DNA of 64,000 nucleotides from NCBI GenBank assembly GCA_963678065.2, contig CAXXVZ010000003.1, forward strand, positions 1,664,001 through 1,728,000, written 5' to 3'. This DNA is from Treponemataceae bacterium (GTDB lineage Bacteria > Spirochaetota > Spirochaetia > Treponematales > Rectinemataceae). Below are positions 48,951 to 59,999 of the stretch, one piece after another. Each line of letters opens with the position of its first letter. The stretch's first letter is position 1. The position numbers were made by a program, and so were the translations under genes. Below the pieces are notes generated by a model. The model did no database searches. It was not told the DNA's origin and saw only the letters and a program-made list of their open reading frames with translations.

Positions 48951-51092
48951 ATGAAAGAACGGATCGATCTCGCGCTGCTGAAAATCATAGCCGGACGCGC
49001 CGAACCCGCCGCCCGCGGCCTGTTCATCCTGCCGGGAGAGGACGGCGCCTTCTGCCTCTCCCTGGCCAAAGCCTCAGCCGGCGTCGCCTGGGCGCCCGAA
49101 CGCTTCCTCACCGTCGACATGGACGTCGACATGGACAGGATGCCGGTCATGCACATCGATTTCGTGGAGCGGGGCAACGGCGTGGAGCGTCTCCTTTCGA
49201 TCCGCTACTTCATGATTCCTACTCGCAGGGTGAAGATGACGGTACAGCTCTCGGAGCTGGACTCCCACCGCTTTTTCCTGCCCACCTACCCAGGCACGCT
49301 CAAAGGCCACGTCGAAGGCGAGCCCACCCACATCGACAGGATCGACGAGATCCGCATCCGTCTCAGGAAAAACGACTCCTGCCGCGGCTTCCGGCTCTAC
49401 GGCCTCGAAGTCTCCGACAGCCTGCCGGATATGGCGATCTCAGGCGAGCCTCTGGTCGATGAGATGGGCCAGCGCAAAGGCTACGAATGGCCGGGAAAAA
49501 TGCGTTCAGTAGGGGAAATGGTCGCTTACCTCCACGCCGAACTGGCGCGGGCGCGGGGCGAGTCCGCGGTTGGCGCAGAGGGCGCCGAGGGCGCCAGCGC
49601 TTCAGGCAACGCTGCCGCCGGCGCCTTTGTGACCGCGGGCGGCTACCCGGCGGACTGGAGCCGCTACGGCGGCTGGAAGAAGCTGCGGTTCGACGCCACG
49701 GGCTTCTTCCGCACCCACCACGACGGCGTGCGCTGGTGGCTCGTCGACCCCGAAGGCTACGCCTTCTACTCGAACGGTGTCTGCTACGGCAGCCGCATGG
49801 GCGTCCACGGCTTCGTCGACCGCATGGAAGCGATGTTCGACTGGCTCCCCCCGAAGGAAGACCAGACCTGGAAGGACTGCTGGACGGAAGCCTCGGAAAT
49901 ACCCGAATTCGCCAAGCGCAACGGCGCCTCGAGCGGCAAGGGCCGCATGATGTTCAACTTCCCGCGCGCCAACATGATCCGCGCCTTCGGCCCCGACCGA
50001 TGGTGGGACGCCTGGGTGACGATCAACGCGGCGCGGATGCGCCGCTGGGGCATCAACACCATCGGCGTCGGCGTGAACAACTATGTCGACGAGCGCGTCA
50101 TGGACTTCCTCGCGAAGGCGAAAATCCCTTTCGTCGTCACCCTGAAGAACTTCCCGCTGACGCAACCCTGCATCTACCGGGATTTCCCCGACGTCTTCAG
50201 CCCCGAATACGCGGCGGGCGCGGAACGTTTCGCGCGCGAGCAGTTAACCCCTTTCGCCGGCAACCCCCTTATGATCGGCTACTTCATCACGAACGAGCCG
50301 GAGTGGCTCTTCCAGGAATCGGTGAACCCCGCCGAACGCGTTCTCGCGCACGACGGCAGCCTCCACAGCAAGACCGCCCTCATCGCCTTCCTGCGCGCCC
50401 GCTACCGGAACGACATTGGCGCGCTGAACAGCGCGTGGGGAATCCATCTCGGAGATTTTGCCGATCTGCGTAAACCGCTGGCCAACGCCGACCGGCTGAC
50501 CGCGAGCTCCCGCGCCGATCTCGAAGCTTTCCGCGACATCCTGATCGCGAAGTACAGCTCGGTGCCCTCGGAGGCGCTCAAAGCCGTCGACCCCGACCAC
50601 CTCAACCTGGGGATGCGCTACAACAAGCTCACGCCCAACGAATTCGCCGGAAACGCCGCCTTCGACATCTGCTCATTCAACTGCTACCACCCCGACCCCC
50701 TGCCCAAATTCGATATCGTGGCCAAGCTCGACAAGCGCCCGGGCCTCGTGGGCGAATGGCACGTGGCGGGATACGAGATGCGCAACCTCGCGGCAGGCCT
50801 CGTCTTCTCCCCGACCCAAGCCGAGCGGACGAAGGCCTGTCTCTTCTTCATGGAGCGGGCCATGGCCCACAAGGCAAGCGTCGGCGCCCATTACTTCGAG
50901 TGGAACGACCAGCCCGTGCTGGGGCGCTTCGACGGTGAGTGCATGCAGCATGGCCTCATCAGCCTCTGCAATGTCGCGTATCCCGAACTCACCTCGGCCA
51001 TGGAGCGCCTGGCGCCCTCCATGTACGACATCGTGAGCGGCGCGATTCCCCCGACCGCGGAAGAAGGCCTCACCATCGGAAACTACTCCTGA
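48951..51092 (+). CDS. GH50-like (beta-agarase/beta-galactosidase clan GH-A) glycoside hydrolase, no obvious signal peptide
   Basis: ATGFFRT...WWLVDPEG, FPDVFSP, NE acid/base (ITNEPEW), VGEWH nucleophile, HYFEWNDQPVLGRFDGE. Confidence 0.8.
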   Translation: MKERIDLALLKIIAGRAEPAARGLFILPGEDGAFCLSLAKASAGVAWAPERFLTVDMDVDMDRMPVMHIDFVERGNGVERLLSIRYFMIPTRRVKMTVQLSELDSHRFFLPTYPGTLKGHVEGEPTHIDRIDEIRIRLRKNDSCRGFRLYGLEVSDSLPDMAISGEPLVDEMGQRKGYEWPGKMRSVGEMVAYLHAELARARGESAVGAEGAEGASASGNAAAGAFVTAGGYPADWSRYGGWKKLRFDATGFFRTHHDGVRWWLVDPEGYAFYSNGVCYGSRMGVHGFVDRMEAMFDWLPPKEDQTWKDCWTEASEIPEFAKRNGASSGKGRMMFNFPRANMIRAFGPDRWWDAWVTINAARMRRWGINTIGVGVNNYVDERVMDFLAKAKIPFVVTLKNFPLTQPCIYRDFPDVFSPEYAAGAERFAREQLTPFAGNPLMIGYFITNEPEWLFQESVNPAERVLAHDGSLHSKTALIAFLRARYRNDIGALNSAWGIHLGDFADLRKPLANADRLTASSRADLEAFRDILIAKYSSVPSEALKAVDPDHLNLGMRYNKLTPNEFAGNAAFDICSFNCYHPDPLPKFDIVAKLDKRPGLVGEWHVAGYEMRNLAAGLVFSPTQAERTKACLFFMERAMAHKASVGAHYFEWNDQPVLGRFDGECMQHGLISLCNVAYPELTSAMERLAPSMYDIVSGAIPPTAEEGLTIGNYS

Positions 51093-51162
51093 CTCGAGGC
51101 TCAAGGTATCCCCGGGGCGAAAAGGCCCGGGGCGCGAGTTCTCTCCCGCGCGGCGAAAATGT

Positions 51163-51210
51163 TTGACAGCCTCTGCGACCTGCCATGCAATATGCGTGTA
51201 CGTTACCGCA
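51163..51210 (+). promoter_or_regulatory. Promoter plus LacI-type operator, copy 1
   Basis: TTGACA-17 nt-TGCAAT, then TGCGTGTACGTTACCGCA (51193-51210), identical to copy 2. Confidence 0.75.
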
Positions 51211-51243
51211 ATTATATCTTCCCATCCACGATGGAGCGTGCCT

Positions 51244-51603
51244 ATGACACTGCGCGAAATAGCCGAAGCGGCCCATGTCTCCATTGGTACAGTGGACAGG
51301 GTCCTGCATAATCGGGGGAGAGTGTCCCCGGAAGTCGGCATTGATATATCGCACAACGTTACAAAAAGCGTGTTCGATTTTTCAACCCAAGGAAGGCGTT
51401 ACGACGTCGTAGTCACCGTATGCTCAAAGGAAGCGGCCGAACGTTGCCCGATATTTCTAGGTTCACACAGGAAACTGCATTGGCCCTTTCCAGATCCTTC
51501 CACGCTTGCGGGAAGCGAGTCGGAAAAAATAGAAGGAACGCGCCGCATACGCGACATGATCGAAGACGCCGTAAAAGACTTCGCCAAAGCCACCGGGGCA
51601 TAG
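51244..51603 (+). pseudogene. In-frame chimera: LacI HTH (first 30 aa) fused to the C-terminal part of a thioredoxin-type arsenate reductase (ArsC/LMW-PTP fold)
   Basis: MTLREIAEAAHVSIGTVDRVLHNRGRVSPE then VGIDIS...VVTVC...AERCPIF...LHWPFPDP...RRIRDMI; the catalytic CxxNxxR loop is absent. Confidence 0.8.
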
Positions 51604-51612
51604 GACTTTGCC

Positions 51613-51654
51613 TCATATCGCAGCGACACCGATGAGCGACAAAACATGTATCAT
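51613..51654 (-). pseudogene. ilvN: Possible 5' stub of the acetolactate synthase small subunit
   Basis: ATGA-coupled to the ilvB stop; reads MIHVLSLIGVAAI*, and the first 7 residues resemble IlvN N-termini. Confidence 0.4.
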
Positions 51655-53194
51655 ACCGGCACCCCCCTGTACATCATCTCGTCGTTTCCCTTTCCGGGGG
51701 CGACGATCGGCCAAACATTCTCTTCCCTGCCTATCGCGTAGTCGATTACTGCCGGGCGGCGCGCTTTTTTCGCCGCGAGGAGGGCGTCGCGGAATTCGGA
51801 CAACGACCCCGGACTGTATCCGTCAGCCCCGTACGCCCGGGCGATCCCGGCAAAATCGGGGGTATAGGGCGGACAAAGCCCGTCGGGCGCGGCGCGTTCC
51901 TTGCCGCAACTCCTGCCGCAGCCCTGGCAGGACTGAAGGCAAACGGACGAATAGCGCCACTCGAAGAACAGCTCCTGCCACTGCCTCACCATGCCGAGAT
52001 AACCATTGTTCATCACGACGACAATGACGGGGAGGTCTTCCTGAACGCAGGTCGCCAACTCCTGGATATTCATCTGGAAGGAGCCGTCTCCCGCGACCAC
52101 CACTACCGTTCCAGCCGAGAAGGCCACCTGGGCGCCCATCCCGGCTGGAAAACCATAGCCTATCGTTCCCAGACCTCCCGATGTCAGCCAACGTCGCGGA
52201 CAGTCGAATGCGAGGTATTAGGTCGCCCACATCTGGTTCTGCCCGACCTCGGTGGCGATCAGGGTGCCGGGACAGCATTCGTTTATGGCGGAAAGGATTC
52301 CCCCGGGCGACGGCGGCCGCTTGGCCGAGACCGCATCCGCGAACCGCACACCGAGACCCACCAAAAGATCGCAGGCGGTCAGGGCCATGTTCGCCTCGAT
52401 GTTTCCATTCATGCCAATCATTCCCAGGTTCAAGGGATGCTTCGAGTCGACGACGCCAATGCCCATAAGAGAAGTGACGAAGGGAATGCCTGTAGCCTCG
52501 AGAATCTTCGAGAAGATCGGCGCGGAGTCGGAAATCACCATCCCCCCGCCGACGAAGAAAAGCGGCCACCTCGCCTCCGATACCGCCGCGGCGAGCGCTT
52601 CCACCTGTTCCCGCGGCGCGCGGCTCACGGGTTTATAGCCGCGGATCGCCACCGTCTCAAGATACTGGTCGTTCAGGGTTTCGATCTGGATATCCTTGGG
52701 AACATCGATGACGACAGGTCCGGGACGGCCGCTGGCCACGATATGGAAGGACTGCTTCAGCACTGCCCCCAGGCCGCTTCGCTTCATGGCGAGATAATTA
52801 TGCTTCGTCACCGGCAAGGTTATCCCTATGGTATCGGCTTCCTGAAAGGCGTCGTTGCCGATAAGGGCGCGCGAAACCTGGCCGGTGATGCATCGGTGAT
52901 GCATACGAGGGGAACGGAGTCGAATCAGATGGTGGCCAGGCCAGTGACGGTATTGGTAGCCCCGGGGCCGCTCGTCGCGATGCAGACGCCCACCTTGCCC
53001 GTCGCCCTCGCATAGCCGTCGACGGTATGAACCGCTGCCTGTTCTTACCGGAGGAGTATCATGCGGATATCGCGGGCATCGTAGAGAGCGTTGAAAATAG
53101 GGATAACCGCGCCGCCGGGGTATCTGAATACCATGTCGACATATTCCCGGCGCAGGACTTCGACGATCATTTCGGCTCCGCGTTTCATCACCAT
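51651..53194 (-). pseudogene. ilvB: Acetolactate synthase large subunit pseudogene
   Basis: [43 protein letters not shown] motifs; stops at 53045, 52925 and 52218; 11-bp duplication at 52883-52904; internal deletion. Confidence 0.9.
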
Positions 53195-53212
53195 CCGGCT
53201 CCTTTCGAATAG

Positions 53213-54519
<1,307 letters not shown>

Positions 54520-54520
<1 letters not shown>

Positions 54521-54825
54521 TAGTTTCTTCCGCGGCGCGCGATGCTTTCCAGGAATTCGGTCACCGCGAGCCCGCCGGGCGGACAGCCGCTGATCGCAGA
54601 AGCTCCACCCGCTTCGTCCAGCCCACGGACGTCTTGCCCAGTAATTCTATCTTCGGCGCCCGCTCCGCAAAGCCCACAAACGCCGCGGGCAAAGCCGTCA
54701 TAAGCCTGGCTCCCGAAGAAGCCGCGGCCGCCTTTGATGTGCGGCTCGGGGAAACCGGCAAGGGCGGTATAGCAGGGCGAGCAGACGGAACGATCGTCGA
54801 CGCGGACAGTGAGTCCTTTACCCAT
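54520..54825 (-). pseudogene. C-terminal remnant of a DUF362-like Fe-S protein
   Basis: VCSPCYTAL and ISGCPP motifs only; N-terminal part absent. Confidence 0.45.
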
Positions 54826-54849
54826 CCTCGCGGGGAGGGCTGGCAAAGG

Positions 54850-55116
54850 CCTTGTAGTCACCCTTGGTGGCATAGGTCGGCCAGTTGTTCTCGGCGCCGC
54901 CGATGATGTCGGGCATGATGCTGGGATAGATGTCGTTCGACCCGATGCCGGTGATAGAAACGCCGCCGAGGAACTCGGTCATCTTGACCATCATCTTGTT
55001 GTCCTGGGTGCGGATCTTAAGCCCGCCATTTTCTTGGTCGGGTAGTAGCAGCGGCTGCAGGCGTCGTAACAGCAGAGGCCGATGAGTCCGGAGCCGAAGG
55101 GCTGGATTTCTTCATC
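54850..55116 (-). pseudogene. Internal fragment of a TRAP transporter substrate-binding protein (DctP)
   Basis: Manual translation GLIGLCCYDACSRCYYPTKKMAG/(frameshift)LKIRTQDNKMMVKMTEFLGG...IIGGAENNWPTY. Confidence 0.65.
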
Positions 55117-55260
55117 ATGTCCTGTTCAACCTGTCCGTTTAGCACAGCCCACATATGCGCGGTGCTCTTGTATATGAAAATCTTTCCAGTTTCGAGGCCT
55201 TGAAGCTGGTGTATTCCACCATGTGGAATACACGCTTGGCGAGGAAGCGAAGAAAATAGT

Positions 55261-55308
55261 TTGACAGACTGGCAAAGCGGTCATACAATGTGCGTGTACG
55301 TTACCGCA
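55261..55308 (+). promoter_or_regulatory. Promoter plus LacI-type operator, copy 2 (araBA promoter)
   Basis: TTGACA-17 nt-TACAAT, then TGCGTGTACGTTACCGCA (55291-55308). Confidence 0.78.
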
Positions 55309-55341
55309 ACATGGCGACCGAAGAAAGTTGGAGGCAGGCTG

Positions 55342-56286
55342 GTGGCTCAGGAATACCGCGGGGAATACACCCTTGGAATCGACTACGGGACAGGTTCCTG
55401 CCGCGCCGCCGTCATCGACGCCCATAATGGCGCCGAAATCGCCTCGGCCGTCGCCGAATATCCCCGCTGGGGCCAGGGGTTTTTCTGCAACCCGACGAGG
55501 AATGTTTTCCGCCAGCATCCTCTCGATTACATCGAATCCCTTCAGAAAGCCATGGACGCGCTCCAGGCCCGCCTCGGCGCGGAGACGCTGGCCTCGATCA
55601 GGGGCCTGGCGATCGACACGACGGGTTCGACGCCCTGCGCGGTGGACGCCGGGGGCATGCCCCTGGCGCTGAATCCGGAGTTCGCCAAAGATCCCGACGC
55701 CATGTTCGTGCTCTGGAAGGACCACAGCGCCACCGAGGAAGCCGCCTCCATCAATCGGGCGGCGAGGACCTGGGGGGGCGTCGACTTTACCAAGTATGAA
55801 GGAGGAATCTATTCCTCCGAGTGGTTCTGGGCCAAGATAGCCCATCTCTTCAAGTCCATGTGGTACAATTCTTTCGGCGGCTACCCCCCCATCGAATTCC
55901 TGAGCCTTATCCACACGGGACTCCCACGGATCGCCGCTACCCTCGGCGGAAAAACCTGGACGAGCGACCAGGCTTGCGGCGCGCTAATTGCCGAATGGGG
56001 GTCGCGGCTCCATCTGACCGCTCTCCCGCCCATGGCCGTCGGCTCCTACGGCGCCCACATGGGAGCCGTGGGCGGAGGCGTCCGCAAAGGCGTCCTCGTC
56101 AAGGTTATAAGCACCTTCACCTGCGACATGAGGGTCGGGCCGGCGCCGAAGAGCGAGGAAAGACTCGTCCTCGGAATGCTCATCAAAAGGACGGTCTATC
56201 CGCGCCCCGCCTTCCATAGTAAGTACGCTACCCTCTATTCCCGCTATAGAAGCTTGGGAAGTTGCGCCGAAAAGGAGTTTTCATGA
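55342..56286 (+). pseudogene. araB: Ribulokinase with in-frame internal deletions (314 aa)
   Basis: GIDYGTGS, RQHPLDY, DTTGSTP, LWKDH, YSSEWFWAK; segments missing after WAKIAHLF and after RLVLGM. Confidence 0.82.
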
Positions 56287-57803
56287 ATAGCATGCAAAAG
56301 TACGAATTCTGGCTGATCGTGGGCAGCCAGCATCTCTACGGTCCCGAAACCCTCGCGGCCGTGGAGGCGGACGCCCGGACCATCGCGGCGGGTCTCGCCG
56401 AGCGCTCTACCGGTGCCGACAACTCTAGCGGCGCTGGTGGATCGGCCCTTCCCTGCCGTCTCCTTTTCAAGAAGGTCGCGACCACTTCCGATGAGATCCT
56501 CGCCCTCTTCAGGGAGGCGAATGCATCCCCGACCTGCGCGGGCATCGTCACCTGGATGCATACCTTCTCCCCGTCCAAGATGTGGATCGCTGGCTTCGCC
56601 GCCAACCGCAAGCCCCTCCTCCACCTCCACACCCAGTTCAACCGCGACATACCCTGGGCGACCATCGACATGGACTTCATGAACCTCAACCAGTCGGCCC
56701 ACGGCGACCGGGAGCACGGCTTTATCCAGACGAGGATGAAGCTGGCCCGCAAGGTCGTCGTCGGCCATTGGCGGAATCCCTCCGTGGCGAAGCGAATCGG
56801 GGCCTGGATGCGCGCGGCCTGCGCCTTCGCGGACGGGGCCGCATCGCCCGTGGTCCGCTTCGGCGACAACATGCGCGACGTCGCGGTCACCGAGGGCAAC
56901 AAGGTCTCGGCCCAGATCCAGTTCGGCTGGTCAGTCCCGGGCTACGGCCTGGGCGAGCTCGCCAGGGCGGTCAGGGGTGTTTCCGATGCCGAGATCGGCG
57001 CCCTTATCGCCGAATACCGGGAACGATACATCATCGCTTCCGACCTCGCCTCCGATCCGCGGCGCTTCGCCCGGGTTGAGGAACAGGCCCGCCTCGAGCT
57101 GGGCATGCGATCTTTCCTGGAGAGCAAGGGCGCCGGCGCCTTCACCACGACCTTCGAAGACCTGGAGGGCCTGCCCCAGCTTCCCGGCCTGGCTTCCCAG
57201 CGCCTGATGGAGAGCGGCTACGGTTTCGGCGCCGAGGGTGACTGGAAGACAGCCGCCCTGGTCCGCGCGATGAAAGTCATGGGCGAGGGCCTCGAGGGCG
57301 GCACAGCCTTCATGGAAGACTATACCTATCACTTCGAGCCCGGAAACGAGCTCGTCATGGGCGCCCACATGCTCGAGGTTTGTCCCAGCATCGCTCGAAC
57401 GCGCCCCCGCATCGAAGTTCACCCCCTGGGTATCGGGGGAAAGGCCGATCCCGCCCGGCTTGTCTTCGAAACCCAGACGGGGCCGGCGATCGTCGCCACG
57501 ATGCTCGACCTGGGAGACCGTTTCAGGCTCCTCGCCAACCTTGTGGAGTCCGTCGAAGCGCCGGCGTCGACGCCCAAGCTACCCGTGGCCAAGGTCCTCT
57601 GGAAGCCGGCGCCCTCCCTCGAGGAAAGCGCGAGGCTATGGATATTGGCGGGGGGAGCGCACCATACCAGCTTCTCTTCCCAGGTAACCCAGGAGATGCT
57701 CGAGGACTACGCGCGGATGGTTGGCGTGGAATGCGTCGTTATCGGCGACGGGAGGGATCCTCGGATCGTGGAGGACAGGCTCGATCGTGAAATCTTAACC
57801 TAA
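56283..57803 (+). CDS. araA: L-arabinose isomerase
   Basis: GSQHLYG, WMHTFSPSKMW, MNLNQSAHGDRE, GAEGDWK, FMEDY, GAHMLE, GGAHH. Confidence 0.95.
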   Translation: MNSMQKYEFWLIVGSQHLYGPETLAAVEADARTIAAGLAERSTGADNSSGAGGSALPCRLLFKKVATTSDEILALFREANASPTCAGIVTWMHTFSPSKMWIAGFAANRKPLLHLHTQFNRDIPWATIDMDFMNLNQSAHGDREHGFIQTRMKLARKVVVGHWRNPSVAKRIGAWMRAACAFADGAASPVVRFGDNMRDVAVTEGNKVSAQIQFGWSVPGYGLGELARAVRGVSDAEIGALIAEYRERYIIASDLASDPRRFARVEEQARLELGMRSFLESKGAGAFTTTFEDLEGLPQLPGLASQRLMESGYGFGAEGDWKTAALVRAMKVMGEGLEGGTAFMEDYTYHFEPGNELVMGAHMLEVCPSIARTRPRIEVHPLGIGGKADPARLVFETQTGPAIVATMLDLGDRFRLLANLVESVEAPASTPKLPVAKVLWKPAPSLEESARLWILAGGAHHTSFSSQVTQEMLEDYARMVGVECVVIGDGRDPRIVEDRLDREILT

Positions 57804-57913
57804 GCACCCGCTTCGCTTCGGTGAAATTTTCGCCGCCATCGAAGCGAGACTAGAGTCGGCGGTAGATAATCTCATTTTATTTCCTCATTCACGTCAACCA
57901 AGGAGGTTTGACC

Positions 57914-59857
57914 ATGCTAAGGAGAGAAGTGTCTTCTGGTATCATCCTGACGCTGGCGCTCGCGGCTGCCCTGGTGCTGCCAACGAGCGTCTTCGCGCTC
58001 AATTATTCCGGCAGCCAGGGCAACACCGCCACCTTTGAGACCCTCGAGGAAACCCGAGTCAGCAGCCCGGCCGCCGTCGCCAACCTCGAGACCAACGTCG
58101 GCAAGCCCTTCAAGTCCCACCCCGTCCTCGACGGCTACCCGCAAGGCACGACCTACGTCTATCGCTCAGCGGAGATGTTCGGCGGACGGGCCGCGGCCAG
58201 GCTCAACACCGACATCCTGGTATTCTCCGACCAGTCCTTCGCCGGCAAAGGTCCCGCCCTCAACTACCTCAAGGACCTCGGCCTCATCAAGATCATCGAC
58301 AAGGCCATCGGCAGTGTCGTCCTCGTCACCCCCGCCGATCCCAAGGCGGGCTTCGGCCAGGCCGACCAGAAAAACTACTACGCCCTCCAGACAGCCATGC
58401 TCGCCCAGAAAGCCTCCGAAACCTCCGGCAAGGTCACGACCTACTACTCCGACGCCGAGTACTTCGGCGGCTACGGCTACACCTACGTGATCGGCATCGA
58501 CGGCGGGGCCACCTTCCTGAACAACTACGTGGCCGGCACCTTCGACTACGTCAGCAGGATCGCCGGCATGCTCCTGGTAAACGGCAAGATGGACAGCATC
58601 CGCAACGTCGCTTCCCTGGTCCCGGCCTACCTGGTCAATGCCCCGGACTCGGTCGTTGAGAAGTACAGGAAGGCCAACGGCACCGACGCCGACGCCGACG
58701 CCAGTGCTGGTGAGGTCGAGACCTTCTACAACCAGGCCTTCCCCCTCAGGAAGGTCGTCGTCAACAACGACGTGACCGCGAACTTGGCCTCCATCGTCAG
58801 CGACGCCTACTACAACCTCTTCATCAAGGCCATGAGAGTGCCCGTCATCAAGCAGGGACTCTATACCGCTGCCACCCCCTACCAGGGCTACAACTTCGAC
58901 GAGGCGCCCTACTCTCTCTGCGAGAGGAACGCCGTGATCGGCGGAGTGACCGAGGACGGGCTTCACCTGATCCGGCACAAGGAAGAACGCTTCAGCGATG
59001 TCAAGACCGCTGCTGGCGAGTACCTCCAGACCTGGTTCGAGTACCTGCCCGAGGAAGTGCTGAACAACACCGCCCCGAAGGGAAGCGTGCCCCTCATCCT
59101 GGCCAACCACGGTGGCGGGGATGACCCTCGCGTATTCGTCGACGAGATCGGCCTGCTCGCTCTCGCTGGTTCAGAAGGTTTCGCGATCGTTGCTCCCGAG
59201 AAGCAATCCATCGAAGGATCGCCAAAGGGAACCGACGTCGTGGGCGGTATCCTCAGCGATATCCTTCCCCGACTTGTGAAGTACATGCTGGCGACCTATC
59301 CGGCCCTGGATCCCTCCCGCGTCTACGTCACCGGCTATTCGATGGGTGGTGCCGCAACCTTGAACGCCCTCTACGGTGCCCCTTCGCTATTCGCCGCAGC
59401 GATCCCAATGGCGGCCGCAGGATACGTGCCGACACCGGAGCAAGCGGCAAAATTTAACGAAACTGACCTGCCGATCATGTTCGCAACCTCTACCTACGAC
59501 CGTATCTTCGCGTATGACTCCGTTGCCGGGAATATCGCGGAAGCCTATCAGACGAAGATCAAGCAATTCCTGGGTTTCAATGGTATTCCTGCATTCGAAT
59601 TCTTCGATTTCAAGGCCTTCCCGATCGCCGGATTCAAGGCTGACAAGGTCGTGAGCCTGCGGCTCAACGGAGAATACGGGAATACCACGTGGTATCTCAA
59701 CAACGACAAGGGCGTGCCGATGGTGGCCCTTACCGTGACCGAGAACCTCGTCCACGCCCTCTACCCCGAATACGCCAAGATCATGTGGGATTTCGCCAAG
59801 CACTATTCCCGCAACCAAGGCACCGGAGCGGTCGAGTACGCTCCCTTCGTCCGGTAG
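57914..59857 (+). CDS. Secreted two-domain alpha/beta hydrolase (PHB-depolymerase/esterase-like), paralogue 1
   Basis: Signal peptide; HGGG, GYSMGG, LVHALYPE; AGGAGG RBS. Confidence 0.8.
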   Translation: MLRREVSSGIILTLALAAALVLPTSVFALNYSGSQGNTATFETLEETRVSSPAAVANLETNVGKPFKSHPVLDGYPQGTTYVYRSAEMFGGRAAARLNTDILVFSDQSFAGKGPALNYLKDLGLIKIIDKAIGSVVLVTPADPKAGFGQADQKNYYALQTAMLAQKASETSGKVTTYYSDAEYFGGYGYTYVIGIDGGATFLNNYVAGTFDYVSRIAGMLLVNGKMDSIRNVASLVPAYLVNAPDSVVEKYRKANGTDADADASAGEVETFYNQAFPLRKVVVNNDVTANLASIVSDAYYNLFIKAMRVPVIKQGLYTAATPYQGYNFDEAPYSLCERNAVIGGVTEDGLHLIRHKEERFSDVKTAAGEYLQTWFEYLPEEVLNNTAPKGSVPLILANHGGGDDPRVFVDEIGLLALAGSEGFAIVAPEKQSIEGSPKGTDVVGGILSDILPRLVKYMLATYPALDPSRVYVTGYSMGGAATLNALYGAPSLFAAAIPMAAAGYVPTPEQAAKFNETDLPIMFATSTYDRIFAYDSVAGNIAEAYQTKIKQFLGFNGIPAFEFFDFKAFPIAGFKADKVVSLRLNGEYGNTTWYLNNDKGVPMVALTVTENLVHALYPEYAKIMWDFAKHYSRNQGTGAVEYAPFVR

Positions 59858-59999
59858 GCGAGAAGTCTTCAGCAATGGCGAAGTCGCGGAAGGTGGAATC
59901 TGCGCCAGCCTTCCGCGACCCGGTTTGGGGCGCAGGTAGAACAGGCGATATTGATGGCGACATCAATACGTATACGGATACCCAATGGAGGGAAGAAAC

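Noticed and set aside
52925..52927. In-frame TGA in ilvB as selenocysteine or readthrough
   Set aside because: Accompanied by TAA stops, a frameshifting duplication and a deletion, so ordinary pseudogenisation
54521..54906. Apparent C-terminal extension of IlvC
   Set aside because: Read-through into the antisense strand of DUF362/dctP remnants after loss of the natural stop
58685..58702. (GACGCC)3 in paralogue 1 as a phase-variation switch
   Set aside because: In-frame and only three units; it adds two residues and cannot switch expression
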